NCBI GenBank assembly: GCA_964016885.1
Contig: OZ024741.1
Location: forward strand, 299,336,001-299,400,000
Reading direction: 5' to 3'
From: Eledone cirrhosa
Taxonomy: Eukaryota
DNA length: 64,000 nucleotides
A program made the translations under genes and the position numbers. Positions 26,658 through 39,925 of this stretch are shown here, one piece after another; position 1 is the stretch's first letter, and each line of letters begins with the position of its first letter. The notes beneath the pieces were generated by a model. It was not told where the DNA came from. It saw only the letters and a program-made list of their open reading frames with translations, and searched no databases.

Positions 26658-28177
26658 CAGAGGTCATTTTGCTACGTATGTATACTCAATAATCTCACTT
26701 GCTAATTTGTTTTCCTCTAAGTATAGACCACTTAGTCTCCTTATAACTGCAACCTTTTTACGACTACCCCTTCCATTTTAATAAGTTCCCTTCTATGTTT
26801 TATAGAATATATAGATCTCAACATCTGTTATTTCCGTTTCATTTCACCGTTTGAATAAGATAATATCCGGTGAAACTTCGAATTCACTATCAATAAAATG
26901 ATAATAAGTAAAAGGTAACTATCTACATCCTCTCAATCATCTTTATATCCTCTCAAGCACTCTACCCAATTGACAAGCTTTCATTGAAATTAATAAATTT
27001 GTTGTTGTTGGTAACAATAATTCCTGTTAATTTCTCCGTCGGTTAGCAGTAACACACACATACACACATACGCACACATACACACAGGCGCACGCACAAA
27101 CACACTGACACCCCCCCCACACATATATATAAGTTTTAATCGACCAGACCCCACGACATTTCTGAGGTTTCTTTTGAGCCCACACATCAATAGACTTGTC
27201 TTATGTACGGTAAATATGAATGTTTGGTATCATTAACATTGCTGAGGCAACTTTCTATCATTCTCTCTCTTCTATCTCAGTTCTTTTGCCCTATTTTCTC
27301 AAGTTGTTATTAGTTTGGCACATATCTCACACGTATAGCCGGGCTTCCTAATAACCGAACTGATATCTTAGTTATATCTGTATTTCTTATTCCACAATGC
27401 TTCAATCAAACTACAGCACTTATATATATATATTTTCCTAGAGTGCTTAAAATTATTTGTGACTAATCCCGGTCTTTTAAAAAAAAAAGACCGCGATAAT
27501 ATTGTTATTTTGCTGAACTCCTTACATTTTGCAGAGTTTTTTCGGAATGTTTTTGACTGCTGTTTCTTGTAAATAGACATTCGTCTCATTCTGACGTCAC
27601 CAGCCATGTCTCTCCATGTGTGTTTATTTTCATAATTCCGCACGAGGTGAACTAGCCTGCTTTTAAATTCCCTTTTTGGCATATTTTGGCAGTTGTATTT
27701 TGGTTATCGTATAGAGCTCTACTGAGGAACGATTCCTACCGTGACTAATACCACTGAAAAGTTTCGTGAAATAGGCTTTTTAAGACTATATAGAGCATTT
27801 GTAGTTTTTCCAAATTGAAGGATGAGTATTTAAACTTTATTTTATTCTCAGTTAAGACTATTGGTTTTTTTCCCTGGATTTCACAAAATCTGTGGATACA
27901 ATCTCTGTCTTGATTTTTTTGAATTGAATTTGAATTATTTTCCAATATCTTACGTTAATTATTTTCCATTTTGACGTTATAGTCACTTATATATTATGAA
28001 ATACTTTTGGCTTCTTGTTCACATTAATTTCTACATTTTCATTTATATATATATATATATATTAATAAGAGGAATTCCAACTTTGTCTGATTTACTCGTT
28101 TTATTTAGAATCCTTTAAAATTTATAATGGTATTATAATGAAATAGTATGATAGAATATTAAATTCTAAGTGTTAAT

Positions 28178-28216
28178 TGAACAAGTACTTTCATGCTTTC
28201 GCAATCTTCAGGTTCA
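28178..28216 (-). ncRNA. minimal type I hammerhead ribozyme
   Basis: Reverse complement TGAAC-CTGAAGA-T-TGC(GAAA)GCA-T-GAAA-GTAC-TT-GTTCA; 5-bp stem I. Confidence 0.8.
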
Positions 28217-28295
28217 TAACATGTGGTGACAGTCAAGTTTGCAATTTTCAACTGCGAAAATTGAAAATTGCAAACTTGACTGTCACCACATATTA

Positions 28296-28334
28296 TGAAC
28301 CTGAAGATTGCGAAAGCATGAAAGTACTTGCTCA
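28296..28334 (+). ncRNA. minimal type I hammerhead ribozyme
   Basis: TGAAC-CTGAAGA-T-TGC(GAAA)GCA-T-GAAA-GTAC-TT-GCTCA (one stem I mismatch). Confidence 0.72.
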
Positions 28335-28488
28335 ATTAACACTTAGAATTTAATATTCTATCATACTATTTCATTATAATAGCATTATAAATTTTAAAGG
28401 ATTGTAAATAAAACGAGTAAATCAGACAAAGTTGGAATTCCTCTTATTAATATAATCTTCTATACACAATCATACACACCCGTGTATA

Positions 28489-28620
<132 letters not shown>

Positions 28621-28818
28621 TATGTGTGTGTGTATGTGTGTGTGTATATGGGTATGTGTGTGTGTGTGTGTCTGTGTGCGTGTGTAAAAAGTGAAAATAA
28701 ATAACAAAGCAAACGACACAATACATTGAAGGAATATACTAGTTTAACGCTTGAAATCGCAGGATAAAAGTCTTCACGTATCGGACACTCTGGTTACAAT
28801 CAGAGAGATAAAATCAGA

Positions 28819-29514
28819 GTGTATAGAGGAGCCAGAACCAAATGGGAAAACATGGTAAGTAATGACACAAATGGGACCTGCCCCTTGTACAGGAGCAAAT
28901 TTCGGAATAGAATAGAAAGAACTAGGAATAAGGCTAATAGAATAAACTCATGGTATGATAGCAATAAATACCAGAGTGTAATGTTCATCGATACAACCCC
29001 TAGAGGTGAATTAGCTTACAAATTTAGAAGGGCTCTAGATAAACATAAACTCAATATTAAGATAGTAGAAAGACCAGGTACCTCCGTAAAAACACTTATT
29101 AGCAAGACATACCCTTTTCAAAGACCCCTCTGTATAGATAAGAAATGTATAACCTGTAAATTAAGCCCCCATATTAACTGTAGAACTGGAAATGTAGTAT
29201 ATAGCATAAGATTTACTGAAGGACAATGTAGAGACAAAAATATAGTGTACATAGGTGAGACAGCTCGTAGTGTAGGGGAACGGATAAATGAACACTGGCG
29301 AGACCTTCAAGATAGTAAAGAATCATCTGTATTCTACCAACATGCTAAAATAGAACATAAGGGTAAATTAGAGAACATAGAAATAAAAATAGAATCTACA
29401 CACAGAAAAGACGCAATGTTTAGACAAATCACAGAGGCAATAAACATAAAAGAATTACAACCAAAATTAAATAGAAAACATGAGTGGAACAGCAACATCA
29501 CAACTTACAATTAA
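28819..29514 (+). CDS. PLE GIY-YIG endonuclease domain (upstream partial tandem copy)
   Basis: CIDKKCITC...C, VVYSI...YIGETARSVGERINEH, RQITEA...LNRKHEW. Confidence 0.85.
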   Translation: MYRGARTKWENMVSNDTNGTCPLYRSKFRNRIERTRNKANRINSWYDSNKYQSVMFIDTTPRGELAYKFRRALDKHKLNIKIVERPGTSVKTLISKTYPFQRPLCIDKKCITCKLSPHINCRTGNVVYSIRFTEGQCRDKNIVYIGETARSVGERINEHWRDLQDSKESSVFYQHAKIEHKGKLENIEIKIESTHRKDAMFRQITEAINIKELQPKLNRKHEWNSNITTYN

Positions 29515-29683
29515 GGACAAAATGAAAACACACACGCACATAGAACAAACAACCAACCTGTAACATGTAAATAAACAAATAAATAAACGAATATAAACAC
29601 ACACAGACACGCGGATGTTGCGCAAACAAAATGGCGTAGGACAGAACAAAGGAGAGGCACAAAAACAAAGAAAAGAATCCCCA

Positions 29684-29726
29684 GTCACTGAAGAGGTCAC
29701 AGATTCTGTGACGAAAGAACTTTGAC
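29684..29726 (+). ncRNA. minimal type I hammerhead ribozyme
   Basis: GTCA-CTGAAGA-G-GTCACA(GATTC)TGTGAC-GAAA-GAAC-TT-TGAC. Confidence 0.85.
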
Positions 29727-29854
29727 AATATATAAACAACCATCCGGTTGTGGAACCAACCAACCAACCAGAAATTTATAAATTCCTAAATTTATAAATT
29801 TATTATAATAAATTAAAGTGAAAACTACTGGTGCGTCTGTTTCTTATTGGCAAG

Positions 29855-32800
29855 ATGACCCTCCCAAAGTATAACAATATCGGTTTCAACACACGTTTTC
29901 AGATAAAGAATCTTGCTAAACAAATTCAGAAACGAAATATCGTAAGCCTTAGCCAGGCTAACAAGATACTGAAAACCACCATGTTCTGTTGTCTATGAAC
30001 AACAGTAACATCTCGACAACTACACTTCATAAAAGAATGTGCCTCGTCCCGAGTTTACACCAACACCATCAACACCGATGTAAGAAGATTACAACTCACC
30101 AAAAAGCAAGCAGATAGGCTAAAACGAACACTAATTCTAAACATAAAAAGAAGATCTATAGAGAATTAAGTCATCAAGAAAAACATAAGCATAACCTAAT
30201 ACGAGATATAACTAAGATCACCACACCAAGAGAAACACTAATATTTATAAGCCTTTTACGTCCTGAAGAACAGTACATTGCTGAAGAATGTGATAAGCAC
30301 TTTAACAAGAAACTAAAGTGGCTTAAGCAGATAAAACTAAATCAGGATACTGTAGAGAATACCAATAGATATCACGACAAAATTGACGGTATAAATATGG
30401 CCGACACCTCATTAACAGATGAGTTCAACAACAACAACACAAATATATACAGCAACACGGCAGTAGATCCTGATGAATTATCTGTATTACAACTACCGCC
30501 GAAATATGCGACATTCAAGAAGGTAAATATAATTAGTTGTTTGTCAGAAATAGAAAAATCATTTACAATATTGCGTTGGAGCCTCAAAAACAAAAACAAA
30601 AACAAAAGTAACAACATACGCACACACATATACAACACACATCCCAACAACAACAGACGCACAGACACAAACAACAATAACAACAACACACACATCAACA
30701 ATAATAACATACTCAGAAACAACAACAACAGACACGCAGACACAAACAACAATAACAACACACACGGAGACAACAACAACAACACACATCAACAACAACA
30801 ACAACAACACACACACATTCAATGCCTCTCACCACCACCACAATCTTAACAAACACACAGACACTGAAAACAAATAATGACAGTAGCACAGAAATAAGGG
30901 AAAGTAATAGGATTTAAAGGAGAAGGGAGACTTTGGACAAAGAACATAACCAAGACGAACACACAGACACACAAAATAGAGTAGATAATAACAATGAGCC
31001 AGTGAAAATTGACAGGAGTAATAACGAGAGACATAGAAACAACCATGAGGCTGTTGGTGGAAATAGAAACAACACAACTAACAATAACAATAGCACTACT
31101 ACACATAAAGCAGCAGCCTGGAACTCTACTTTTTATAATCCCTCCGATAAGTCGTTCGACCTGCGACGAGTCCACGCCACGACTTTACCATTTAACAAAC
31201 GCACGCAATTGCCTTCGCAGGTCGATGATCAAACAGAAGCACAATTTAGTATAGCTAGATCCGAACTTAGAAATATTATAGAACAGTATAGCAAGAAGCA
31301 TAATACAATGGACGCCCAGCAACTGGGAGAAATATCTGTAAATGGCTTGCGTAAGCTCATGCAGCGCTCGCGTAATGGAGAGATAGCATGCTTTCCAACA
31401 GACAAGTCTGGCAGAATGTCGGTTGACAGCCTGTCAAACTACATCCAGGCAATGCAACCCCACATAACTAACACAAGAGAGGTAAGACCGCAGGAGCATG
31501 AGGATAGAGAAAAAGCCCTCAATGCCCATATGGTGATGTGGACGAATATAATGCAGCCCAACAAAAGGACTGCCAACAACTTCCAGGCCTGGAACAATGA
31601 CGTGCCGGCGTTGTATGGGCTTCGAAAAGACCATAAAACGAGCAGTGACCCTGTCACGGGACCACCAACACGGCCAGTCTGAGGAGCTAACATTGCTAGT
31701 AACTACAGACTGCCCTACTTCCTCTCCCTGATGATACGCCCCATCATTGAAATGTCCCCAGATGTATGTGACAGCACAGAGGACCTCCTCAGCAGAATCG
31801 GCGAGAGTAACCGATCTAGGGACCTAACAAACTGCATAATAGGTAGTATGGATGTTGTGTCCCTGTATCCATCTATTGACGTGGATTTTGCTGTGGAGAA
31901 ATGCGTAGAAATGATCAGCGAGAGCAATGTTGAGTAATGTGGGATTGATACCAGTGAGCTGGGACTCCTACTTAAACTTACCTATAGTAATAATTATCTA
32001 GACACATATGACCTTAGCAACCTGGGCCCTACAAGACCAGCAAGAGGCAGACCACCTACCATTACCTCAATGGCCAAGAAAACCCACACAGATAGATGGA
32101 ACGGGTGGACCAGAGCCACACGAACACCCGAAAACCACGATGAACTGAAGAAAATGATTGCACATGTGGTAGGGGCCAGGATAAAATTAACCCTTAAGGA
32201 ACATATGTTCAAATTTAATGGAAAAACATATGCCCAAGAGGAAGGAGCAGCCATTGGTGTTAGCATTGCAGGCGATAAATCTAACTTATTCATGGTATCG
32301 TGGGACAGTAGACTTAAAATTAAACTTAAAGAACAATTAGAAGAGCCCTTAACACTGATAATGTACTCCCGCTACGTTGATGATATAAACATCGTAGTTA
32401 AAACACCCCCACTAGAGAACAGTCAGGAATTAGAGAAAAACACCATGGAAAGCATCCAGCAAATAGCTAACTCCATCCACCAGAGTATTAGAGTTACTAT
32501 AGACTACCCAAGTAAACACCCCGACCATCGATTACCTGTACTAGATACAGAGCTCTGGTTAGATACCATTAATAACAAAAAACAAATCCTCCATTCCCAT
32601 TATGCCAAACCCATGACTTCCAAATATCTGATCCACCGAAACTCAGCTGTTTCGGACCATACCAAAATCAACATACTGATTGCAGATTTGGTACGGGTGA
32701 TGAGAAACGTGTCCCACATATGCAACCCCGAAGAACTAGAGAGACACATACAACACTTCATCCACCGTATGCAGTTCTCTGGTTACAATCAGAGAGATAA

Positions 32801-33503
32801 AATCAGAGTGTATAGAGGAGCCAGAACCAAATGGGAAAAAAATGGTAAGTAATGACACAAATGGGACCTGCCCTTTGTATAGGAGCAAATTTTGGAATAG
32901 AATAGAAAGAACTAGGAATAAGGCTAATAGAATAAACTCATGGTATGATAGCAATAAATACCAGAGTCTAATGTTCATCGATACAACCCCTAGGGGTGAA
33001 TTAGCTTACAAATTTAGAAGGGCCCTAGATCAACATAAACTCAATATTAAGATAGTAGAAAGACCAGGTACCTCTGTAAAAACACTTATTAGCAAGACAT
33101 ACCCTTTTCAAAGAGCCCCCTGTATAGATAAGAAATGCATAACCTGTAAATTAAGCCCCCATATTAACTGTAAAACTAGAAATGTAGTATATAGCATAAG
33201 ATTTACTGCAGGACAATATAGAGACAAAATATAGTGTACATAGGCGAGCCAGCTCGTAGTGTAGGCGAACGGATAAATGAACACTGGCGAGACCTTCAAG
33301 ATAGTAAAGAATCATCTGTATTCTACCAACATGCTAAAATAGAACATAAGGGTAAATTAGAGAACATAGAAATAAAAATAGAATCTACACACATTAAAGA
33401 CGCAATGTTTAGACAAATCACAGAAGCAATAAACATAAAAGAATTACAACTAAAATTAAATAGAAAATATGTGTGGAACAGCAGCATCACAACTTACAAT
33501 TAA
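29855..33503 (+). pseudogene. PLE RT-GIY-YIG polyprotein, disrupted
   Basis: Putative ATG in the pseudo-LTR (29855); PTDKSGR, LYGLRKDHK, RPV, MDVVSLYPSI, QEEGAAIG, YVDD; in-frame stops at 31680 (TGA) and 31935 (TAA); frameshifts at ~32840 and ~33228. Confidence 0.9.
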
Positions 33504-33700
33504 GGACAAAATGAAAACACACATATACAACAAACAACCAACCTGTAACATGTAAATAAACAAATAAATAAACGAATATAAACACACACAGACACCCGGA
33601 TGTGACGCATGCGCAGACTGAACATACAACACACACACAGAAACAAAATGGAGTAGGACAGAACAAAGGAGAGACACACAAACAAAGAAAAGAATCCCCA

Positions 33701-33743
33701 GTCACTGAAGAGGTCACAGAATGTGTGACGAAAGAACTTTGAC
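33701..33743 (+). ncRNA. minimal type I hammerhead ribozyme
   Basis: GTCA-CTGAAGA-G-GTCACA(GAATG)TGTGAC-GAAA-GAAC-TT-TGAC. Confidence 0.85.
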
Positions 33744-35525
33744 AATATATAAACAACTATCTGGTTGTGGAACCAACCAACCAACCGGAAATTTATAAAT
33801 TCCTAAATTTATGAATTTATTACAATAAATTAAAATGAAAGCAATGGTGCGTGTGTTTCTTATTGGCAACATGACCCTCCCAAAGTATAACAATATCGGT
33901 TTCAACACACGTTTTCAGATAAAGAATCTTGCTAAACAAATTCAGAAACGAAATATATATATATATATATTCCATTAATTAACGCCCTAGATAAGTAATT
34001 TATTTCTCATCCACAAAAGAATGGCAATATAATTTGCCTACGGTGAAATTTAAACAGAGTAGACATTGAGTCCGCCTAAGTAAAATGTATTATGTTCGAA
34101 GCTCGAATGCTTCTGTCAATTCACTAGTATTCCTATTAGGTTTGCGAATATCTTTAATACTAATAGAAATCATTTGAAGTTAACAGGCAATTCTTTGGAA
34201 TTCGACAATCCACAGATGCTGACTATTGAACCATATTAATATTTCTGTTCTAATCAAGAAGAAATATGATTCAAATCATTCCTTTATATATATATACATT
34301 TTCAAAACAGTATTGTATGATCTGAAAGATATTCCGCTGCTAGATTTAGAAAACGTGTAAACACAAATTATTTCGCTCCCTCAGAGAAAGATTGTTTATT
34401 GTTATTTAGTACCAGGTTAGGGCAGTGGATGGGCAGTATGAATAGTGCGCCGGACAACATGCTTTGCAGCATCCTTACGGGATCGCTAAAACGAAGCATC
34501 AATAATGCACGCACCGGGGTCGATTTACTCGGCTTCCCCTACAAAAAAAACAAAAAAATTGATGGCCTTGTGCATACATCAGAAACCGTTATTTAGTACC
34601 AGGTCAACCTTATTGAGAACTATGATACACACACTCTACATATGACTTTCTCGTTTTTATCCAATGTCATTATTTTCAAGACACTAAAACGGTGTTTGAC
34701 AATGTCGCAGGAGCGTGCTGTTGAAAACCCTCTATGGTTGAACTGTGCATTTCATCCTTCCAGGGCCAATAAAATAAATTACTTGGTAATGTACTCCACA
34801 TTCCCTTAACAAAAAAATGCTGGCCTTGTGTCTAAATTTAAAAAAAAGTATTTAATATAGCAGGGCATAATTTAAAGAAATTCTGGATGCTATTACTTGC
34901 TATTCTAATGGCGACCCAAAGGTCTGTTTTAGGCCTGTCTTTAAAGAGTTTTCTTTCAAGATAGATATCTAACATTGGGAAGAATGGTTTAAGAAAATTG
35001 CCGATAGTAACATTTACATAAACCCCGAAAATACCTATAAAGCACAGCATTCCCCCTAATGCAATACACTTCATATATATCGGTGTATGCATAATAAATG
35101 TTAGAAAAGAAAAGAAAGACTATCATATCATTTTATTTATTCTTTTGAGTAAAATATAATTTGCTGGCCATACCTAAACGTTCGAGAAATTTTGTCTGGG
35201 AAATACATTAGTATTGCAGGCGATTTATGTTTGGGTTAAGATGTGGATGGCGTTAATATTGCAGCTGAATCATAGCACCATTGATTCTCAGCAACAGGCT
35301 GGGTATGAGGTCACTGCTGTTATGAAGTCAAACTTATCAATAAATGTTTATATACCTTCAATTTCCTATACAGATGGTTCTACTAAACATTGAATGTCTT
35401 ATGTATGTGTATGTCTGTCTGTGTGAGTACGTGTACGTATATATATGTGGGTATATATGCGTATATATATTTCTATAAATATATAAAATATATATATCAA
35501 TCTAACTCTCTGTCTGGGTCTCTCT

Positions 35526-35671
<146 letters not shown>

Positions 35672-36421
35672 ATATATATATGCATATCTTCTTGAAATAT
35701 GATTCTGTTTTCAATGTTTAGTTATAAGTTATAATATCGATGATCTACAAACAATAGTATACTACAATAAACTGCTTAGCACTATGTACTTAGCTATCTA
35801 CTGTATCTTATTTATTTCTGCCTAATTTTTTCAGACACAGGCATCATATATTTGGACATCTTGAGAGCGCCATGTAGTTTAAATAAAATGGTTTTGGCCG
35901 GATGATTCGTGGCTTGTGTTCTACAATGTGTCCATAGCTAAGGCGCATAATGGTTTAAGATTAAATACTACTGTGGTGCAAATTGAAGAGGTGAATTCTA
36001 TCATAGCCATACACACATACAGAAATAAGCAGACATACACACGCACATAGACAGAGATGGATTATAGACAAACCTAGAGAGAGCAGTCAAACCAAAATGG
36101 CATAATGTGTAATGTGCACTAACATATGAGGTGAGTGAAAATCCGAGATTGTTTAAACAAAAGCTCGAGGTGACTTAAATGCATACTCAGACGTATACCC
36201 CCCCCACACACACACACGTGTAATCCCACTATATTGTACGCGTGAAAGGATTCAGAGCATTTATATAATAAATTCACGTGTTTAGAAGGAATGTAATCAT
36301 TTTTATTTGACTTACGCGCGTGTCATCAATTTGTTTGTGTTTTAATCTTTGAAGTGCGCGCAGAATGAATAAAACTGTTGTACATTCTACTAAATTCTTG
36401 GTCACACACACACACACACGA

Positions 36422-36460
<39 letters not shown>

Positions 36461-37639
36461 AGTGAGTGTGTATGTGTGTGCGTGAGTGTGTATTACAATC
36501 CTCCTAAACTCACACACACATATATATATATACACCCATAGATAGTAAGATACGGTATTATTTTTATTAGAAGCAGCAACAGTCGAACTTTTATTTTAGC
36601 TAAAACACTTCGGATTATATATGGTACGAAATAATTCTCTTGGATGCCAAGATATTCTTCCCTCTAATATAATTTAAAAATAGAAGCTACTGTAAAACAA
36701 AACTTTCTATATACCTCGCTATTTGTAGGTAGGAAATAATCTCAAAACGGACAGATAAATATAGTTTGTTAATATATGTAAGGTATGATTAAGTGCTTGT
36801 GACCTGAAAAACAGAACAAGATCTATCAAAAATATGGTTTCTAAATATAAAATAATTTTATTTTTTGATCGAAACTTGAGACATTAATAATGATCTGAAA
36901 TTTCTCTATGTTTAGATGAAGTAGTTTATGAAGTATGAATATGGTATGAGTTTAAATTGTTAAGACACCGCATTCCAATGGATCGGCGGCCATATGCAGT
37001 GTCAATCAATCATCTTGACACAGTATAATTTTTACAGTTCAGAGTATCTTACTTTAGAATAAGCAAAATTAAGTGACATTGTTTCGTTAAAAGCGGAGTG
37101 TATGCAATTTAAGTGATTAATAGTTTTTAATTTCGTAGCAAGGTCAACATAATTTGGGAGTAGGGGAAAGTCAATTATGCCATGTCCAATTCTTTACTGG
37201 TACTTTATTTTCTCGACCGTAGAAGGATGGAAGCGAAGTTGACCTTTGTGGAATTTTAAACCAGAATGAAGAAGGAGGTAACGAAATAATGCAACACATT
37301 TCACCCGAAACAAGTAACACTTTTGCCAATCCTCCGCTCTAGTTGGAACAATGTTTTATTAGATTGTAATGTTGACGGTAAATTAGTAGCGTCGTTAGAA
37401 CGTCAGATAGAATACATTGCGGTATTCATTTTTGCTCTCTGCTTTCTGAGTTCAAATTCCTTTCAACCGATAACAAAGATACCAGTCTAGTACTGGGGTA
37501 AATCATTTTCCTCTATATCTCTTGCTGACTTTCTTATTTTCACCCCCTATCCTTCTCTCGAAGAAATCTGATGTATTCAGACCTTGAGAGAAGATGGTTT
37601 CCGTCAGCCTTGAAAGAAAGCCCCATAAATTCCTTACGT

Positions 37640-37671
37640 TAATACGGCAACCCCACGGGGTTGCCGTATTA
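37640..37671. repeat. perfect 15-bp-arm palindrome
   Basis: TAATACGGCAACCCC-AC-GGGGTTGCCGTATTA. Confidence 0.85.
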
Positions 37672-38209
37672 CTGGTCTACACTTACACACATAGATTCGA
37701 ATTTTAGAGTTTAGCCAAATCTTTCCGGATCAAATATACTTGAAACATAGAATATATCGAGGTGTTACTCGTTGAGACATCAGGCTACTGATCAATATTT
37801 CATTAATTGATGTATTATTGTAGGGCTCTATTAATGACGCTTGTTCAAATATTTGATCAACCAAAATACCTGCTTGTAAATTAACGAGCAAGGGGGTGAG
37901 CATTCTACATATATGTACTTTTTAACTTTAATTCTAAGGGACATTCAGCGTGACAAAGTGTGTGTCAAGGGTGGCCTACTCAATTGTAGATACGACACCT
38001 TTTTGTCAGCTTAAAGAGACGGAGCAACAAAACACAACACCTGAATTTAAGAAAATAAGAAAAATCGAAAATAAGAAAAATACTACATACAGGAATGTGA
38101 GCGTATATATATATATATATATAAAGTGTGAAAAAAAGAGAGAAAGAGAGAGAGAGAGAGAGAGTATGTGTGTGTGAGTGTGTGTGTGTGTGTGTGCATG
38201 AGAGAGAGA

Positions 38210-38254
<45 letters not shown>

Positions 38255-38295
38255 GAGTGTGTGAGAGAGAGTGAGAGAAAGAATGCTTCTACAGG

Positions 38296-38333
38296 ACTAG
38301 AACTGTTTCATTCGTATGAAATCATCAGGAGTG
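38296..38333 (-). ncRNA. hammerhead ribozyme-like motif
   Basis: Reverse complement ACTC-CTGATGA-T-TTC(ATAC)GAA-T-GAAA-CAGT-TC-TAGT; imperfect stem I. Confidence 0.55.
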
Positions 38334-38366
38334 CCTGACCTTTTCGTACGAATTAAAGTTTTAGTC

Positions 38367-38427
<61 letters not shown>

Positions 38428-38476
38428 AGTATGTATGTATACGTACATACATATGTGTATACAGACGTACAGTAGC

Positions 38477-38521
<45 letters not shown>

Positions 38522-38671
38522 CAGGCACACATATATATATGCACGTATCAGTTTACCGAACATTTATTATAATGTTCGATTTGTTCGTTTGTAAACAAAC
38601 GAACAGCCTGATTTACGCCGTACAGTGTTTAGACAACCACGTCGCCTTTTTGTTCAACACTGACACAGGAA

Positions 38672-38712
38672 CGATGTACTAGTTTCAAGCTTGTTAGCTA
38701 TCGTCAGCACCG
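38672..38712 (-). ncRNA. minimal type I hammerhead ribozyme
   Basis: Reverse complement CGGTG-CTGACGA-T-AGCT(AACA)AGCT-T-GAAA-CTAG-TA-CATCG. Confidence 0.82.
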
Positions 38713-38945
38713 TATACCTTTCTGCCAGATGGTTGAACGTCCGAAAATATATACTTTCCTTATGAAAATTAACGATGAGCAGCCTAATTTGCATATCGAG
38801 TGAGTTCAGTCGGCCAGGCGCACCGAAAACGATAAATGGAATAGAATGAAACGAAATTTCATTTCTCACTCTTAGTACGGCACTTACTTAAATGTAAGTA
38901 TGTATGTATACGTACATACATATATGTATACAGACGTACATTAGC

Positions 38946-38992
<47 letters not shown>

Positions 38993-39098
38993 CAGGCACA
39001 CATATATATATGCACGTATCAGTTTACAAACGAACAAAGCGAACATTATAATAAATATTCGGTAAACTGATACTTGCATATATATATATGTGTGCCTG

Positions 39099-39168
<70 letters not shown>

Positions 39169-39409
39169 TATATATGCTACTGTACGTATGTATACATATA
39201 TGTATGTACGTATACATACATACTTACATTTAAGTAAGTGCCGTACTAAGAGTGAGAAATGAAATTTCGTTTCATTCTATTCCATTTATCGTTTTTTGTG
39301 CGCCTGGCCGACTGAACTCACTCGATATGCAAATTAGGCTACTCAGCCGTTAATTTTCATAAGGAAAGTATATACTTTCGGACGTTCAACTATCTGGCTG
39401 AAAGGTATA

Positions 39410-39450
39410 CGGTGCTGACGATAGCTAACAAGCTTGAAACTAGTATATCG
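39410..39450 (+). ncRNA. minimal type I hammerhead ribozyme
   Basis: CGGTG-CTGACGA-T-AGCT(AACA)AGCT-T-GAAA-CTAG-TA-TATCG. Confidence 0.8.
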
Positions 39451-39599
39451 TTCCTGTGTTAGTGTTGAACAAAAAGGTGACGTGGTTGCCTAAACACTGT
39501 ACGGCGTAAATCAGGCTGTTCGTTTGCTTACAAACGAACAAATCGAACATTATAATAAATGTTCGGTAACTGATACGTGCATATATATATGTGTGCCTG

Positions 39600-39650
<51 letters not shown>

Positions 39651-39884
39651 GCTACTGTACTTCTGTATACATATATGTATGTACATATACATACATACTT
39701 ATATTTAAGTAAGTGCCGTTCTAAGAGTGAGAAATGGAATTTCGTTTCATTCTATTCCATTTATCGTTTTCGGTGCGCCTGGCCGACTGAACTCACTCGA
39801 TATGCAAATTAGGCTGCTCAGCCGTTAATTTTCATAAGGAAAGTATATACTTTCGGACGTTCAACCATCTGGCAGAAAGGTATA

Positions 39885-39925
39885 CGGTGCTGACGATAGC
39901 TAACAAGCTTGAAACTAGTACATCG
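39885..39925 (+). ncRNA. minimal type I hammerhead ribozyme
   Basis: CGGTG-CTGACGA-T-AGCT(AACA)AGCT-T-GAAA-CTAG-TA-CATCG; GUA triplet; palindromic ACTAGT. Confidence 0.82.

Larger units (their letters stand above)
28060..28452. repeat. fold-back element (~190-bp arms), each arm carrying an HHR, flanked by TA-rich tracts
   Basis: ttaataagaggaattcc...caattttcaa / ttgaaaattg...ggaattcctcttattaa. Confidence 0.9.
28788..33955 (+). mobile_element. near-complete Penelope-like element in partial-tandem arrangement with ~1.15-kb pseudo-LTRs
   Basis: Direct repeats 28788-29940 and 32777-33955; RT and GIY-YIG motifs; an HHR in each repeat; the 3' end runs into (TA)n. Confidence 0.95.

Noticed and set aside
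31680-31682. In-frame TGA at a likely Cys position (RPV*GA), suggesting selenocysteine as in some Naiad PLEs
   Set aside because: The copy also has a TAA stop and frameshifts and no SECIS was recognised; a point mutation is simpler unless TGA is conserved in other copies
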